From contig JAYEMB010000078.1 in assembly GCA_034717855.1 (NCBI GenBank), forward strand, positions 1-41,602: a stretch of DNA of 41,602 bases, in the 5' to 3' direction. Origin of the DNA: Campylobacterota bacterium (GTDB lineage: Bacteria; Campylobacterota; Campylobacteria; Campylobacterales; Sulfurimonadaceae). The position numbers were made by a program, and so were the translations under genes. Below the pieces are notes generated by a model, which did no database searches, was not told the origin of the DNA, and saw nothing but the letters and a program-made list of their open reading frames with translations. This document shows, one piece after another, positions 19,843 to 30,133 of the stretch (the stretch's first letter is position 1; each line of letters opens with the position of its first letter).

Positions 19843-20930
19843 TCTTCACCCTTTACATAACTTCCAAGCCAAGTAACCTCTCCCTCATGCTTAGAGAGTA
19901 CTTTTTGTATTTTTTCATCATCAATATGACCATAAAAATCTATATAGAACCAGTAACCAAAACCACCCTTGTCTTTTGAAGGACGTGACTCGATTTTTGA
20001 AAGATTTATCTTTTCATCGTCAAAATCTTGCAAGAAGTGAACAAGTGAACCGGCCTCGACAGCATCTTTCAGACGTACTAAAATAGAGGTCTTGTCGTGT
20101 TCACTTGGTAAGTTTTTAAAGTCACTTAAAATCACAAAACGCGTCATACTGTCATGTTCATCTTCTATGTTTTCAAACATAGTTGGAACGCCATAAAGTT
20201 TTGCCGCTATGTGAGCACAGATAGCTCCAGCAGTTGGGTCTTGGGCTGCAAGGATTGCTGCTTTTGCAGTTGACTCAACCGGAATCTGTTCAATATTTAA
20301 AAAGCCATGCTGAGATAAAAACTCTCTACACTGCCCAAAACCTTTATCTTTTGAGTATATCTTCGTGATATCTTCTAGCTTTCTCGCCTTTGTAGCAAAA
20401 GCCATGTGAATCGGCATATAGAGTTCTGAGACAATTTTTACATTGCTTTTAGCGAGCAAGTCTAGAGTCTCACCCACTATCCCATCACGAGAGTTCTCAA
20501 TAGGAACAACACCAAATTTAGCACGACCAGCCTCTAGTGTTTTAAAAACTGAGTGGATAGAGCCAAGTGAGAGATAATCACTCATACCACCAAAACGGCT
20601 CTCTGCTGCTTGGTGAGTAAAACTTCCCTCAGGTCCTAAATATGCGATGCGCTCTGGTAGTTCAAGATTACGTGAGACAGCAAATACTTCAAGAAATATA
20701 GCCTCAATCGCACCCTCGTTGAGTACCCCTCCACTCTCCTTAGAAATCTTTGTTAATCTATCGATAATATCTTTTTCACGTTCGGGTCTGTAAACTGCAG
20801 TACCACTGTCATGTTTAATTTCACCAACTCTCTCAACAACTTTCATACGTTTGTTAAGTAGTTCTAATATATTGTTATCAATTGCATCAATTGCATCTCT
20901 GCAATCTTCTAAATTTTTCCATTCACTCAT
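19839..20930 (-). CDS. pheA: Chorismate mutase / prephenate dehydratase
   Basis: N-terminal AroQ (R..ID.ID..IL.LL..R), [24 protein letters not shown]. Confidence 0.96.
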   Translation of the reverse strand: MSEWKNLEDCRDAIDAIDNNILELLNKRMKVVERVGEIKHDSGTAVYRPEREKDIIDRLTKISKESGGVLNEGAIEAIFLEVFAVSRNLELPERIAYLGPEGSFTHQAAESRFGGMSDYLSLGSIHSVFKTLEAGRAKFGVVPIENSRDGIVGETLDLLAKSNVKIVSELYMPIHMAFATKARKLEDITKIYSKDKGFGQCREFLSQHGFLNIEQIPVESTAKAAILAAQDPTAGAICAHIAAKLYGVPTMFENIEDEHDSMTRFVILSDFKNLPSEHDKTSILVRLKDAVEAGSLVHFLQDFDDEKINLSKIESRPSKDKGGFGYWFYIDFYGHIDDEKIQKVLSKHEGEVTWLGSYVKGED

Positions 20931-21703
20931 ATCTGCTCCAATATCTCTTGCATATCTGCATAAACAAAATCTGGTTTAAGTTCTTCTTTTAAAAATGGAA
21001 CTATCTCATCCGCACTTTTATATTTTCCACTCGTCACAAAAACTGTTTTCACACCTAACTCTTTTGCTCCACCTAAATCACCTTTAACATCATCACTTAT
21101 CATTATGATCTTATTAAACGCAGCTTCTTGAAACTGTTTTTGAATTCTTTTAAGAGACTCACCGTAAAACGCAACACTCGGCTTTCCAACCACTGTGTAG
21201 GAGCAAGAAGTAGCAAACTCTAAAAGTTTCAGTACAGCACCAACACCAGGGTAGCGTTTGTTGTTTTTTGCATAGATTGATGTCTCATGCATTCCAACTA
21301 AAGATGCTCCTGCAAGAATAAAGTCTATCATCTGAGCATACTCATCTGCACTGAAATCCTCTTTGATTGCCACAAGTACAGTTTTAGGATTTTCATAATC
21401 TAGGACATACCCCATTTTTACTAAAGTATCTAAAAACTCTGTGGCACCATAAGCGGCAACCGCCTCTTTTTCTACACGTGATTCTAAAAGCATGAGTGGG
21501 TCAAGGTATTTATCAAAGCTGAAATTAAAACCGATAGAGTTCAAGTAAGCGTAAAAATCTTCGGAAGGTTTTTTAGTGTTATTTGTAACAACCATGTATG
21601 GAGTTTTTGTCTCATTTAACATGTCAATAAACGCAAGGCTTCCACGAATTGGAGATTTATCAACATCGCTGATGAGTGTGCCTTGAACATCTATGAAGTA
21701 CAT
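20927..21703 (-). CDS. HAD-IIA (NagD-like) hydrolase
   Basis: FIDVQGTL, TNN, VGKPS, SDD..GD..GA..LG.....V.SGKY. Confidence 0.88.
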   Translation of the reverse strand: MYFIDVQGTLISDVDKSPIRGSLAFIDMLNETKTPYMVVTNNTKKPSEDFYAYLNSIGFNFSFDKYLDPLMLLESRVEKEAVAAYGATEFLDTLVKMGYVLDYENPKTVLVAIKEDFSADEYAQMIDFILAGASLVGMHETSIYAKNNKRYPGVGAVLKLLEFATSCSYTVVGKPSVAFYGESLKRIQKQFQEAAFNKIIMISDDVKGDLGGAKELGVKTVFVTSGKYKSADEIVPFLKEELKPDFVYADMQEILEQI

Positions 21704-21709
21704 TTTTGA

Positions 21710-22921
21710 TTAGTCCTTTAAAAACTCTTGCTCTAATGCAATCAAGTCTTCAAACTCTTCGCGTTTACGGATAAGTCTCGCTTCACCATTTTCAAGAGCG
21801 ACCTCTGCACTTCTTCCACGAGTGTTGTAGTTACTTCCCATACCAAAGCCATAAGCTCCTGCACTATGAAGAACAAGCAAGTCATTGTGTGCCAACTCTG
21901 GCAGTTGGTAATCTTTTGCAAAGAAGTCTCCACTCTCACAAACCGGACCAACAATATCAACAGCACGAGTCTCACTTGTCGAGTCTGTAACGGCTTCTAT
22001 CTTGTGATAAGCGCTGTAGAGTGCTGGACGGAGCAGGTCGTTCATCGCACCATCAACAACTACAAACTTTTTATCTCCATTTTGTTTCTCATAGAGAACC
22101 TTCGTTAAAAAGTAACCTGCGTTTGCTGTTAAAAACCTACCCGGTTCACACAAAATAGTTAAATCAAGTGCCGTAAGAGTTCCAAGTATTGCCTGAGCAT
22201 AATCGTAAGGTTTAATCGTAGTCTCATCATCATATTTGATTCCAAGTCCACCGCCGATATCAAAGAACTTAAGCTCTATGTTAATACCCTCTAGTGAACG
22301 CACTAAATCTGCCACAATCTCTGCAGACTCACGAATAGGCTCAAGTTCTGTCAGTTGAGAACCTATGTGAAAGTGAATTCCTACTGGATCTAAATACTCA
22401 GAGTTATTTGCCATGATATACATGCGTTTAGCAGTAGAGAGATCTACTCCAAACTTGTTATCATGAAGTCCTGTAGAGATATAAGGGTGCGTTTGCGGGT
22501 CGATGTTTGGATTTACTCTGATACTGATACGAGATTTAGCATTGAGCTCTTTAGCTATCAACTCAACACGTCCAAGTTCAGCTGCGCTCTCAACATTGAT
22601 GTAAAGTATATCTTTCTCTATCGCTTCACGAATCTCATCATCACTCTTTCCAACACCAGAAAAAATGATTTTATATGCAGGAATTCCCGCTAGAAATGCA
22701 CGACGAACTTCACCAATAGAAACGCAGTCTGCACCTGAACCCATCTTTGCGAAATGCTGTACAACACTAAGGTTTGAGTTTGCTTTTACAGCATAAGCGA
22801 TAATAGATTTTCTACCTTTAAACGCAGCCTTTAGCTCATCAAACTGTACTCTCATATAGTCTAAATCATATACATATAGCGGCGTTTTATATTCGCTCGC
22901 TAACTCTTTAAAATTAATCAT
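21710..22921 (-). CDS. lysA: Diaminopimelate decarboxylase
   Basis: YAVKANSN, KFG, HFHIGSQ, DIGGG, EPGR, GPVCESGD, GAYG...SNYN. Confidence 0.98.
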   Translation of the reverse strand: MINFKELASEYKTPLYVYDLDYMRVQFDELKAAFKGRKSIIAYAVKANSNLSVVQHFAKMGSGADCVSIGEVRRAFLAGIPAYKIIFSGVGKSDDEIREAIEKDILYINVESAAELGRVELIAKELNAKSRISIRVNPNIDPQTHPYISTGLHDNKFGVDLSTAKRMYIMANNSEYLDPVGIHFHIGSQLTELEPIRESAEIVADLVRSLEGINIELKFFDIGGGLGIKYDDETTIKPYDYAQAILGTLTALDLTILCEPGRFLTANAGYFLTKVLYEKQNGDKKFVVVDGAMNDLLRPALYSAYHKIEAVTDSTSETRAVDIVGPVCESGDFFAKDYQLPELAHNDLLVLHSAGAYGFGMGSNYNTRGRSAEVALENGEARLIRKREEFEDLIALEQEFLKD

Positions 22922-22977
22922 CTAAATTTGTCCAAAATATTTTTAAATGATTCTATCTAAAAAGTACTTATAATCGC

Positions 22978-24051
22978 CTAAGACCTTACTAAACGATACT
23001 TTCTCCACTGCCTAAATGCTATTAAAAAGAGGATTATAATCGGAGCAATTACACCCACTTCGCTAGAGATAGTTTTATTGTTTGCCAACTCTATAAGCAT
23101 AAAAAGAACTCCCCAAATTAGAAGAGATGAGAGAATAGCAGCAAAACTAAAGAGCGATACATTTAAAAACCTCACACTAATAGGTACAAAAAAGAAGATT
23201 ATGACTATAAGGCAAGGCACAAAAAATGGGTAGATAAATATCTTATAGAGTGCCCCTTTAATGCTGTTTGTATTAATATTTTGACCCTCTAAAAGTATCA
23301 TCGCATCTATCGCATCTGTAATTGTAAAGTTTACTTTACCCTCATAAACTTGGTCAAGCATCTTTGGTCTAAAGCCTTGGAGTATGTTTAACTCCTGAGA
23401 CTCTTTAACTCTAATTCCCAAGGATTTAAAACTTAAATCATCAGGTTTTATAATAATATCAGCCTCTTTAATATGCCAATAATCATCTCTATATGTTGCC
23501 TCTTTTGCAACTAAAACCTCTTTAAGTGAGCCATTTTTTACACCAAAAACGCGTATTCCCTCCGCTTTTTCCACAAGAGGCAGCATCTTTGAAAAGTAAA
23601 CATATTGTCCTTTGTATGTAAAAAAGAGGTCTCTTGTCGGGCTAAGATACTGTGCATTTGTGCGAATGTTTTTTGAAAACTCATCTGCACGTGAAAAACT
23701 AGGGTGTGCATGCAGGGCGATAAAAAGTACTATTATTGAGCTGGATACAACAACAAAGGGACGCAGTATATCTACTCTTGAGTATCCCAAAGAATAAAAG
23801 GAGACCAGTGCGTTTGAGCGGATTAAGAATATCTTTGTAGATATCATAGCAAAAACTAGCGCTAAAGGTAGCAGGGTCTCAATGGCAAAAAATGATTTAT
23901 AAACTAAATAAATAAGAAGTAGATTCGCTGATTTTGAGAGTTTTTCAGCATTTTCCATATAGTCAAAACCGACCATAAACATCACCAAAGCGATGAGTAT
24001 GACCATAAAATATTTAATATAATGAAGAGAGATATATTTGAATGCTAACAT
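22978..24051 (-). CDS. LPS export permease, LptF/LptG family
   Basis: 3 TM helices, periplasmic beta domain, 3 TM helices; SNALVS..SLG.S motif. Confidence 0.85.
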   Translation of the reverse strand: MLAFKYISLHYIKYFMVILIALVMFMVGFDYMENAEKLSKSANLLLIYLVYKSFFAIETLLPLALVFAMISTKIFLIRSNALVSFYSLGYSRVDILRPFVVVSSSIIVLFIALHAHPSFSRADEFSKNIRTNAQYLSPTRDLFFTYKGQYVYFSKMLPLVEKAEGIRVFGVKNGSLKEVLVAKEATYRDDYWHIKEADIIIKPDDLSFKSLGIRVKESQELNILQGFRPKMLDQVYEGKVNFTITDAIDAMILLEGQNINTNSIKGALYKIFIYPFFVPCLIVIIFFFVPISVRFLNVSLFSFAAILSSLLIWGVLFMLIELANNKTISSEVGVIAPIIILFLIAFRQWRKYRLVRS

Positions 24052-24055
24052 AGCG

Positions 24056-24613
24056 CTATTTTAGCTGAAATTTTTTAATTGTGTACTTTGAACTTGTATC
24101 TTCTAAGGAATTTTCAAGCAAGAATTCAATTGCTTTACATGTGTGAGCAATCCACTCACTCAAATGCTCTGACTCTTTTTCGTTAAAGTCACCTAAAACA
24201 TAAGAGGAAACCTCTCCTTTATGTTCTGGCTTACCGATACCCATACGCACTCTTGCATACTCACGTGAAATCATCTCATCAGTAGACTTTAGTCCATTGT
24301 GTCCGCCATGTCCACCAGCATGTTTAAAACGCAGTGTTCCAAATGGGAGGTCTAAATCATCATGTATTACAACAACTTCTTCAATCTTATAAAACTTTTT
24401 GACTGCAACTATAGAGTTACCAGAGAGGTTCATAAAAGTAAGCGGTTTTAATAAAAAATGATTTGAAAATTTGTAGAGTTCACCGTCAAATGATGAGGAG
24501 GATAGTTTTTGAGCGTTATGGCGTTTTATAAGCTCATCTATAACCATAAAACCGATATTATGGCGAGTAGTTTCATAGTTCGGGCCAGGATTACCTAATC
24601 CAACTATAAGCAT
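24056..24613 (-). CDS. pth: Peptidyl-tRNA hydrolase
   Basis: VGLGNPG, TRHNIGF, KPLTFMNLSG, HDDLDLPFG, GGHNGLKS. Confidence 0.98.
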   Translation of the reverse strand: MLIVGLGNPGPNYETTRHNIGFMVIDELIKRHNAQKLSSSSFDGELYKFSNHFLLKPLTFMNLSGNSIVAVKKFYKIEEVVVIHDDLDLPFGTLRFKHAGGHGGHNGLKSTDEMISREYARVRMGIGKPEHKGEVSSYVLGDFNEKESEHLSEWIAHTCKAIEFLLENSLEDTSSKYTIKKFQLK

Positions 24614-24658
24614 TTAAAAGCCTTTAAAATCTCAAAAAAAGTTTTTTTTTCAGGAAAC

Positions 24659-24762
24659 ATTGCTTCGCAAGCGATACTCTTGTTTTGTAGCTTTAGGGGG
24701 TTGTAGGGACAAATGTCCCTGCCACTATAATGGGCTTTGCTCATTATAGTGCGTAACACGAG
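24659..24762. repeat. Three tandem hairpins, REP-like or structured intergenic element
   Basis: ATTGCTT-CGC-AAGCGAT (24659-75), GTAGGGACA-AA-TGTCCCTGC (24703-22), CACTATAATGGGC-TTT-GCTCATTATAGTG (24723-51). Confidence 0.55.
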
Positions 24763-24763
24763 A

Positions 24764-25300
24764 CTACTTAGCTTTAATGATACTTACTAGAGCTACACGA
24801 TCAGCATCTAAAATAGCAACATTTGGGATAGCATCTAAATCACGAACTAGTCTAGAAGCACCTGTATCCATTGGAGTAACATCGATTTCGATTGTGCTAG
24901 GCACATTCTCGATAGCTGCTTTAACAGTTAAACGAGGCTTAGCAATATGAACAAGACCTTTGTTTTTAAGACCTAAAGCTTCACCTTTTGCTACAACTGG
25001 TACATTGTAAGTAGTTTCAACACCAGGCTGTGCTACCATTAAATCAACGTGTAAAAGATTACCTGTAACTGCTTGAGACTCATATGATTGAACAACAACA
25101 TTCATCTCTTTACCATTCACGCTTACTGGGAACGCTAAAGTTTCTTTGTTACGAACTGTACGGATATATTCGTTCATTTTGAACGCAGCATTGATATTCT
25201 CAAGCCCTTTTCCATAAATGTTCGCAATCAGATATCCATCACGGCGATAAGCTTTAACAGCCTTCTTACCAATACTCTCTCTAATTATGCCTTCTAACAT
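24764..25300 (-). CDS. rplY: 50S ribosomal protein L25/Ctc
   Basis: RRDGYLIANIYGKG, LLHVD; conserved rplY-pth order. Confidence 0.96.
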   Translation of the reverse strand: MLEGIIRESIGKKAVKAYRRDGYLIANIYGKGLENINAAFKMNEYIRTVRNKETLAFPVSVNGKEMNVVVQSYESQAVTGNLLHVDLMVAQPGVETTYNVPVVAKGEALGLKNKGLVHIAKPRLTVKAAIENVPSTIEIDVTPMDTGASRLVRDLDAIPNVAILDADRVALVSIIKAK

Positions 25301-25353
25301 ATTAAATCCTTAAATTAAAATAGGCGCAATTCTACCCACTTTATATTTAAAAT

Positions 25354-26544
25354 CTACTTTAAGTCGAAGATATCTTCATCAGCAACTGGAGTTGCATCTG
25401 ATGACTCACCCTCTTTTTTCGGAGTAGATGTAATTTTTCCGCTTGAGAGTCCACTAATTTTGAGCTCTAAATCTGATGCACTTGTCGCATTCTCCATCGC
25501 TTGCTCTTTTGATATAATCTTATCTAAGTAAAGCTCTAGTATCGACTGATCAAAACTTTGTGAGTGATAGTGATCACGACCAGCTTCAATAGCATCCCTA
25601 ATCTCAAAGTCACGATTTTCCATAATCAACTTCTCGATAGTTGGAGTACGCAGCATTATCTCCATTGCAGCACGACGACCACCATCAACAGTAGGAATAA
25701 GTCTTTGAGAAATAACACCTTGAATAACACCCGCAACTGAGAGTCTTACACGATTCTGCTCATCAGTTGGAAACTGTGCGATAATACGGTTAATAGTCTC
25801 TTTTGCATCAATAGTGTGAAGCGTTGAGAAAACCAAGTGACCTGTATCTGCTGCATGCAGTGCAAGGTTAATAGTCTCTTTATCCCGCATCTCCCCAACC
25901 AAAATAATATCTGGATCTTCACGAAGAGCAGCTCTCAAAGCTGTACCAAAAGAGAGAGTATCCTGTCCAACTGAACGTTGATTAATTATACATCCTCTAT
26001 CTTTATGAACAAACTCAATCGGATCTTCAATAGTAATAATATGCTTCTTTTTATGTTTATTTATCTCATTAACAAGTGTTGCCAGAGTTGTTGACTTACC
26101 ACTACCAGTAACCCCAGTCACAAGTACTAAACCACGCTCAATCTGAGTAAACTTCTTAAGTACATTTGGTAAATGCAGATCCTCAAATGTTGGAATTTTT
26201 ACAGGAATGACACGAAAAACTGCCGATACTCCGTCCATCTGAAAAAAGATATTTACACGAAAACGATTTGAATCATCATAGGGATAAACAAGGTCAAGCT
26301 CTTTTTTTTCAACAAACTCTGAATATCTTCCTTTTAAAAGCTCTTTGGCAAAAGTAATAGCATCTTCTCTTGAAAAAATTCCACCTGAAAACTGTACTAT
26401 ATTACCATTTATACGTGCTCTAACTACAGAGTTCGCTTTTATATGAAGGTCAGAGCCCCCAATCTCAATCATCTTTTTAAGATAGATTCTAACTTTTTTT
26501 AGCTGCTCAAAGGTTAACTTACTTACATCTACTTCATTACTCAT
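25354..26544 (-). CDS. Type IV pilus retraction-type ATPase, PilT/PilU family
   Basis: SDLHI, RFRVNIF, GVTGSGKSTT, TIEDPIE, ALREDPDIILVGEMRD, TGHLVFSTLHT. Confidence 0.92.
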   Translation of the reverse strand: MSNEVDVSKLTFEQLKKVRIYLKKMIEIGGSDLHIKANSVVRARINGNIVQFSGGIFSREDAITFAKELLKGRYSEFVEKKELDLVYPYDDSNRFRVNIFFQMDGVSAVFRVIPVKIPTFEDLHLPNVLKKFTQIERGLVLVTGVTGSGKSTTLATLVNEINKHKKKHIITIEDPIEFVHKDRGCIINQRSVGQDTLSFGTALRAALREDPDIILVGEMRDKETINLALHAADTGHLVFSTLHTIDAKETINRIIAQFPTDEQNRVRLSVAGVIQGVISQRLIPTVDGGRRAAMEIMLRTPTIEKLIMENRDFEIRDAIEAGRDHYHSQSFDQSILELYLDKIISKEQAMENATSASDLELKISGLSSGKITSTPKKEGESSDATPVADEDIFDLK

Positions 26545-27509
26545 AAGGACTCCATAATATCTTTAAATGCATCTTTAAATGCTTCTAATCCACCTAATAT
26601 CTGCTCATCCAAGACTGCATCAAAATCAACACCAGCACTCTTTACTTTTTCAAAATAGGCTTGGATAACATCACTTGAGATTGGCAGGGCTTTCTCTTTA
26701 GCTCCATTTTCATAATATGCCATAATCGTATCGATAGGTGCTGTGTTTACACTGTTATATGCTAAAAGTTTTTCTACATAATAATGTACAGGAAGAGATT
26801 TATCTTTAATACCTGTACTTGCAAAAAGTGCACGGCATCCATTCACCTTCATAGACTCTATCTCAGCGTATATATCTGCGCTATTATAGATTCCACTCAG
26901 TGAGTCGTCTATTCCAAGTGTTGCGAGTTTTGCATCTATTCTACTCACAAAGATACTAATTACTGTGTCAACCTTAGCACCAAATGTCGCTACACCCTCT
27001 CTAAACGCAGTAGCACAAGCTACAGCCTGCTCTTTTTTAAATATAAGCGTTGCGTTTACCGGTATTCCGACTGAAGTAAGTGCTTTCATAGCTATGTAAC
27101 CAGCCTCAGTTGCCGGTACTTTTATCATTACATTTGCTCTGTCAATCTCTTTAAAAAGTCTTTTCCCCTCCGCGATAGTTGCATCTGCATCATCGCAAAG
27201 AAAAGGGTCAACCTCTATGCTTACATAACCATCATCTTCTCTGTCATAGAGTGGTTTTAAAATATCAGCAGCTTTTTTAATATCATAAATTGCAACTGCT
27301 TCATACTTCTCTTTTGGAGTTAAGCCCTCTAGTTTTGCAAGTTGCTCTTTATATGCCGAGGAGTTTAGTATTGCGTTTTTAAATATAGCTGGATTTGAAG
27401 TCGCACCATTGATGATACCCTTAGCTATAAGCTCTTTAAATTCATTATCTAAATAATCTCTTTCAATAAAATCTGCCCACAATGAAAACTTCAAATCTTC
27501 TATATACAT
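26541..27509 (-). CDS. tal: Transaldolase
   Basis: W.DFI.R, GATSNPAIF, GYVSIEVDP, NVMIKVPAT, VNATLIF, FVSRID, LFASTG, NTAP. Confidence 0.96.
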   Translation of the reverse strand: MYIEDLKFSLWADFIERDYLDNEFKELIAKGIINGATSNPAIFKNAILNSSAYKEQLAKLEGLTPKEKYEAVAIYDIKKAADILKPLYDREDDGYVSIEVDPFLCDDADATIAEGKRLFKEIDRANVMIKVPATEAGYIAMKALTSVGIPVNATLIFKKEQAVACATAFREGVATFGAKVDTVISIFVSRIDAKLATLGIDDSLSGIYNSADIYAEIESMKVNGCRALFASTGIKDKSLPVHYYVEKLLAYNSVNTAPIDTIMAYYENGAKEKALPISSDVIQAYFEKVKSAGVDFDAVLDEQILGGLEAFKDAFKDIMESL

Positions 27510-27517
27510 AAACTATC

Positions 27518-27832
27518 CTAAATTAATTTGTCTCTATTATATCCCAATAAAAATAAAATAAATAGGTGCATTAGTGTTAAAACGCAACATACTTCGTTTG
27601 AGATGTAACTCATAGTAAAACTGAAGTCTAAATCAATATAGATATCATAGATAGTCTCTTCAAGTATATAAAACAGCAGGTAGAGTCCAAGCCAATATAT
27701 AAGAGAAAAGAGAAATACTCTCTTAGATAAAAAAATCTTTTTTAGATTTAAAAAATAGAGTAGAGAAAAAAGAAGCAAAAAATACAGAGCATATAAAGAA
27801 GAAGCAAATAGTTCTAAAAGAACTATTTGCAT
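27518..27832 (-). CDS. Dubious hypothetical membrane protein
   Basis: Hydrophobic T-rich ORF with no SD. A terminator-like hairpin overlaps its start and the tal -10 box (27536-41) lies inside its end. Confidence 0.3.
   Translation of the reverse strand: MQIVLLELFASSLYALYFLLLFSLLYFLNLKKIFLSKRVFLFSLIYWLGLYLLFYILEETIYDIYIDLDFSFTMSYISNEVCCVLTLMHLFILFLLGYNRDKLI
27795..27830 (-). terminator. Intrinsic terminator candidate after the histidine kinase
   Basis: Perfect 12-bp stem GCAAATAGTTCT-TTT-AGAACTATTTGC (27804-27830) followed by TTCTTCTTT on the minus strand, 21 nt after the stop at 27852. Confidence 0.6.
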
Positions 27833-27851
27833 AAGCGGGAAAAGGAGCAGA

Positions 27852-29171
27852 CTAGAGAAGTACTTTTTGAATCTCAACACTAAATGAACTACCACTATTT
27901 GAGCTCTCAAGAGTTATCTCGCCAGCGAACTGCTTCTCTACAATCATCTGACTCATATAGAGACCTAGTCCTGTTCCATTCTTGCCTTTTGTACTGAAGT
28001 ATGGCTCAAATATTTTAGATATGTCTTCTTCTTTTATGCCATTTGCATTATCTTTTATAAGAAAAACTACACTCTCTTTTTTCTCCTCAATAGTGATACT
28101 TATTTTTGGATTTTGAACATCTGCAATCGCTAGTGCATCTATCGCATTATTTAAAATATTTAAAATTACTTGTATGAGTTCATTCATAAATGTTTTAATA
28201 TGCACTCTTTTTTCACTCTCGCCACCTATCTCAATCTTAATTTTTGTATCTTTTAACCTAGGCATAACGAAGTTCACAGCTTTTTGTACTAGCTCATGAG
28301 CCTCTGTAGGTGTCACCTCTTTAATAGGCCTAAAGTAAGTTTGAAAATCATCTATAGTATTTGAGAGATAAACGACAGTATTACTGATATCCTCCAAGGC
28401 TTTATCAAAATCCTCACTCTCTATCTTTTCACCTAAGAGTTTTTTCACCTGAAGGTTTGAGACACTCAGAGTAACTGTTGAGAGTGGTTGACGCCACTGA
28501 TGAGCAACCATACTTATCATCTCTCCCATCACAGCCTGTCTAGACTGAGCTGAAAGAAGTTGGTCTTTATGGGTAAGTTCTGATACCTGTTCTTTAAGTA
28601 AATCCTGTTGCTGTAAAATCAAATCTTTTGCCTGAATCATCTTTTTCTGATAAAAATAGACTATCACAGTCAGTACCCCCAACACTACACTTATATATAT
28701 CATCTGATACATTGTGTGTGGTACCGGCACAATATCTTGGAGTGGAGAGACTAGCAACATTACTATTAAAAATAGTGTCCAGTAAAATCCATTATTGTTT
28801 TTTTGAAAATATAAAAGCACTATCGGGTAAGTAAACATCCAGAGAAATTTCATACTGCTCAACTCTAGGGTATAGAGCATATAAACCATCAAAAAAGTAC
28901 CTTGAATGGTAATAATCTGAACAATAGCCTCAAAGTACTCTTGATATTTTCGAAGTAGAAAAAACATAACTATATTATTAAACACGAAGAGAGACTCTAT
29001 ATATATAAGGTCAGGAATATTATTAATGCTGTTAACTATAACTCCATAAAAATACCCAAATCCAGAAAGAAAAAGAGCAATGTTAGCCATCTGGTATCTG
29101 CTCTTTAAGTCGTCTTGCGATTCATCAAAAGTCCAACCGCTTATAAAATAGTCATCTAACTTTGTTCCCAT
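27852..29171 (-). CDS. Membrane sensor histidine kinase
   Basis: About 6 N-terminal TM helices, H-box AHQWRQPL, NILNNA, DNANGI, FEPYFSTK, GTGLGL. Confidence 0.94.
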   Translation of the reverse strand: MGTKLDDYFISGWTFDESQDDLKSRYQMANIALFLSGFGYFYGVIVNSINNIPDLIYIESLFVFNNIVMFFLLRKYQEYFEAIVQIITIQGTFLMVYMLYTLELSSMKFLWMFTYPIVLLYFQKNNNGFYWTLFLIVMLLVSPLQDIVPVPHTMYQMIYISVVLGVLTVIVYFYQKKMIQAKDLILQQQDLLKEQVSELTHKDQLLSAQSRQAVMGEMISMVAHQWRQPLSTVTLSVSNLQVKKLLGEKIESEDFDKALEDISNTVVYLSNTIDDFQTYFRPIKEVTPTEAHELVQKAVNFVMPRLKDTKIKIEIGGESEKRVHIKTFMNELIQVILNILNNAIDALAIADVQNPKISITIEEKKESVVFLIKDNANGIKEEDISKIFEPYFSTKGKNGTGLGLYMSQMIVEKQFAGEITLESSNSGSSFSVEIQKVLL

Positions 29172-29189
29172 CTCTCTTTAACCCCTGTT

Positions 29190-30128
29190 TTATGGTAGAT
29201 ATATTTTATCTTGTAATTCATTATACTCTAGTTTTACTTCACTATCCAAAGTAATACCACCACCACTTTTATAACTATAACCTATACTACTATTTTGTAT
29301 AAATCTTATCATCACTCCGCTATCGAGTTTCTCGCCGTCATAAATGCCAAATACTCCGCTAAAATAACCTCTCTCATACCCTTCAACATCTTCGATAATC
29401 TCAACCGTACTTTTTTTTGGAGCACCTGAAATACTTCCTGCTGGTAGCAGTGACTCTAAAATCGTTCCCACTCTCTCATGCCAATCACTTCCAACATCAC
29501 CACTAATGTGCGAACTTACTTGCAGAAGTTTTTTATCTCCTGCTTCAATCTCTGTAAGATACCTGAACTCTTCAACTTTCACATCACTTGCAACTATGGA
29601 CAAATCATTTCTGAGCAGATCAACCACCATCACATGCTCAGCCATCTCTTTTTTATCATTTAAAATTATCTTTTTTGCATCTTTAAGTGAAGCGTCAATA
29701 GTACCTTTCATAGGATAAGTGTGAATTCTATTCTCATTAACTTGAATAAATTTTTCAGGAGAGAAACAGACAAACTCATCTTTAAAACGCAGTTTATAGT
29801 GTGCGTTTGCCAAAGAGTATATCTCTTTGAGTGTCAACTCTGTGTCAATCTTACTCTCTTGGGTAAGGTTTAAAATGTATGTCTCTCCAGCTTCTATCTT
29901 TTGGATGACTCGGTTGAACTTAGCTTCATAGTCTTTAAAATCTATGGGAGTTGTTTTTAAAAAGTGACTATGTTTAGCGTAGTGGTAATTTTCATCGATG
30001 CAGAACTCAATATCCTCTTTTTCAAGCTCATCTAAAAGAATAACTTCTAATTTTTTAGCCCTAAAATCTGATATAAATAAAAAAGGTTTTCTCTCTTTTC
30101 CAAGAGTGTTTAAATCAGAAAATTCCAT
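29190..30128 (-). CDS. pabB: Aminodeoxychorismate synthase component I (short form)
   Basis: GETY..NLT, SPE.F, PMKGT, AEHVMVVDLLRNDL, GSISGAPK, GGGIT.DS. Confidence 0.9.
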   Translation of the reverse strand: MEFSDLNTLGKERKPFLFISDFRAKKLEVILLDELEKEDIEFCIDENYHYAKHSHFLKTTPIDFKDYEAKFNRVIQKIEAGETYILNLTQESKIDTELTLKEIYSLANAHYKLRFKDEFVCFSPEKFIQVNENRIHTYPMKGTIDASLKDAKKIILNDKKEMAEHVMVVDLLRNDLSIVASDVKVEEFRYLTEIEAGDKKLLQVSSHISGDVGSDWHERVGTILESLLPAGSISGAPKKSTVEIIEDVEGYERGYFSGVFGIYDGEKLDSGVMIRFIQNSSIGYSYKSGGGITLDSEVKLEYNELQDKIYLP

Positions 30129-30133
30129 TAAAA

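Noticed and set aside
27785-27825. Fourth copy of the shared operator (AGAGCATA at 27786)
   Set aside because: No TATGC half-site at N22 and no AGTATA at the matching distance.
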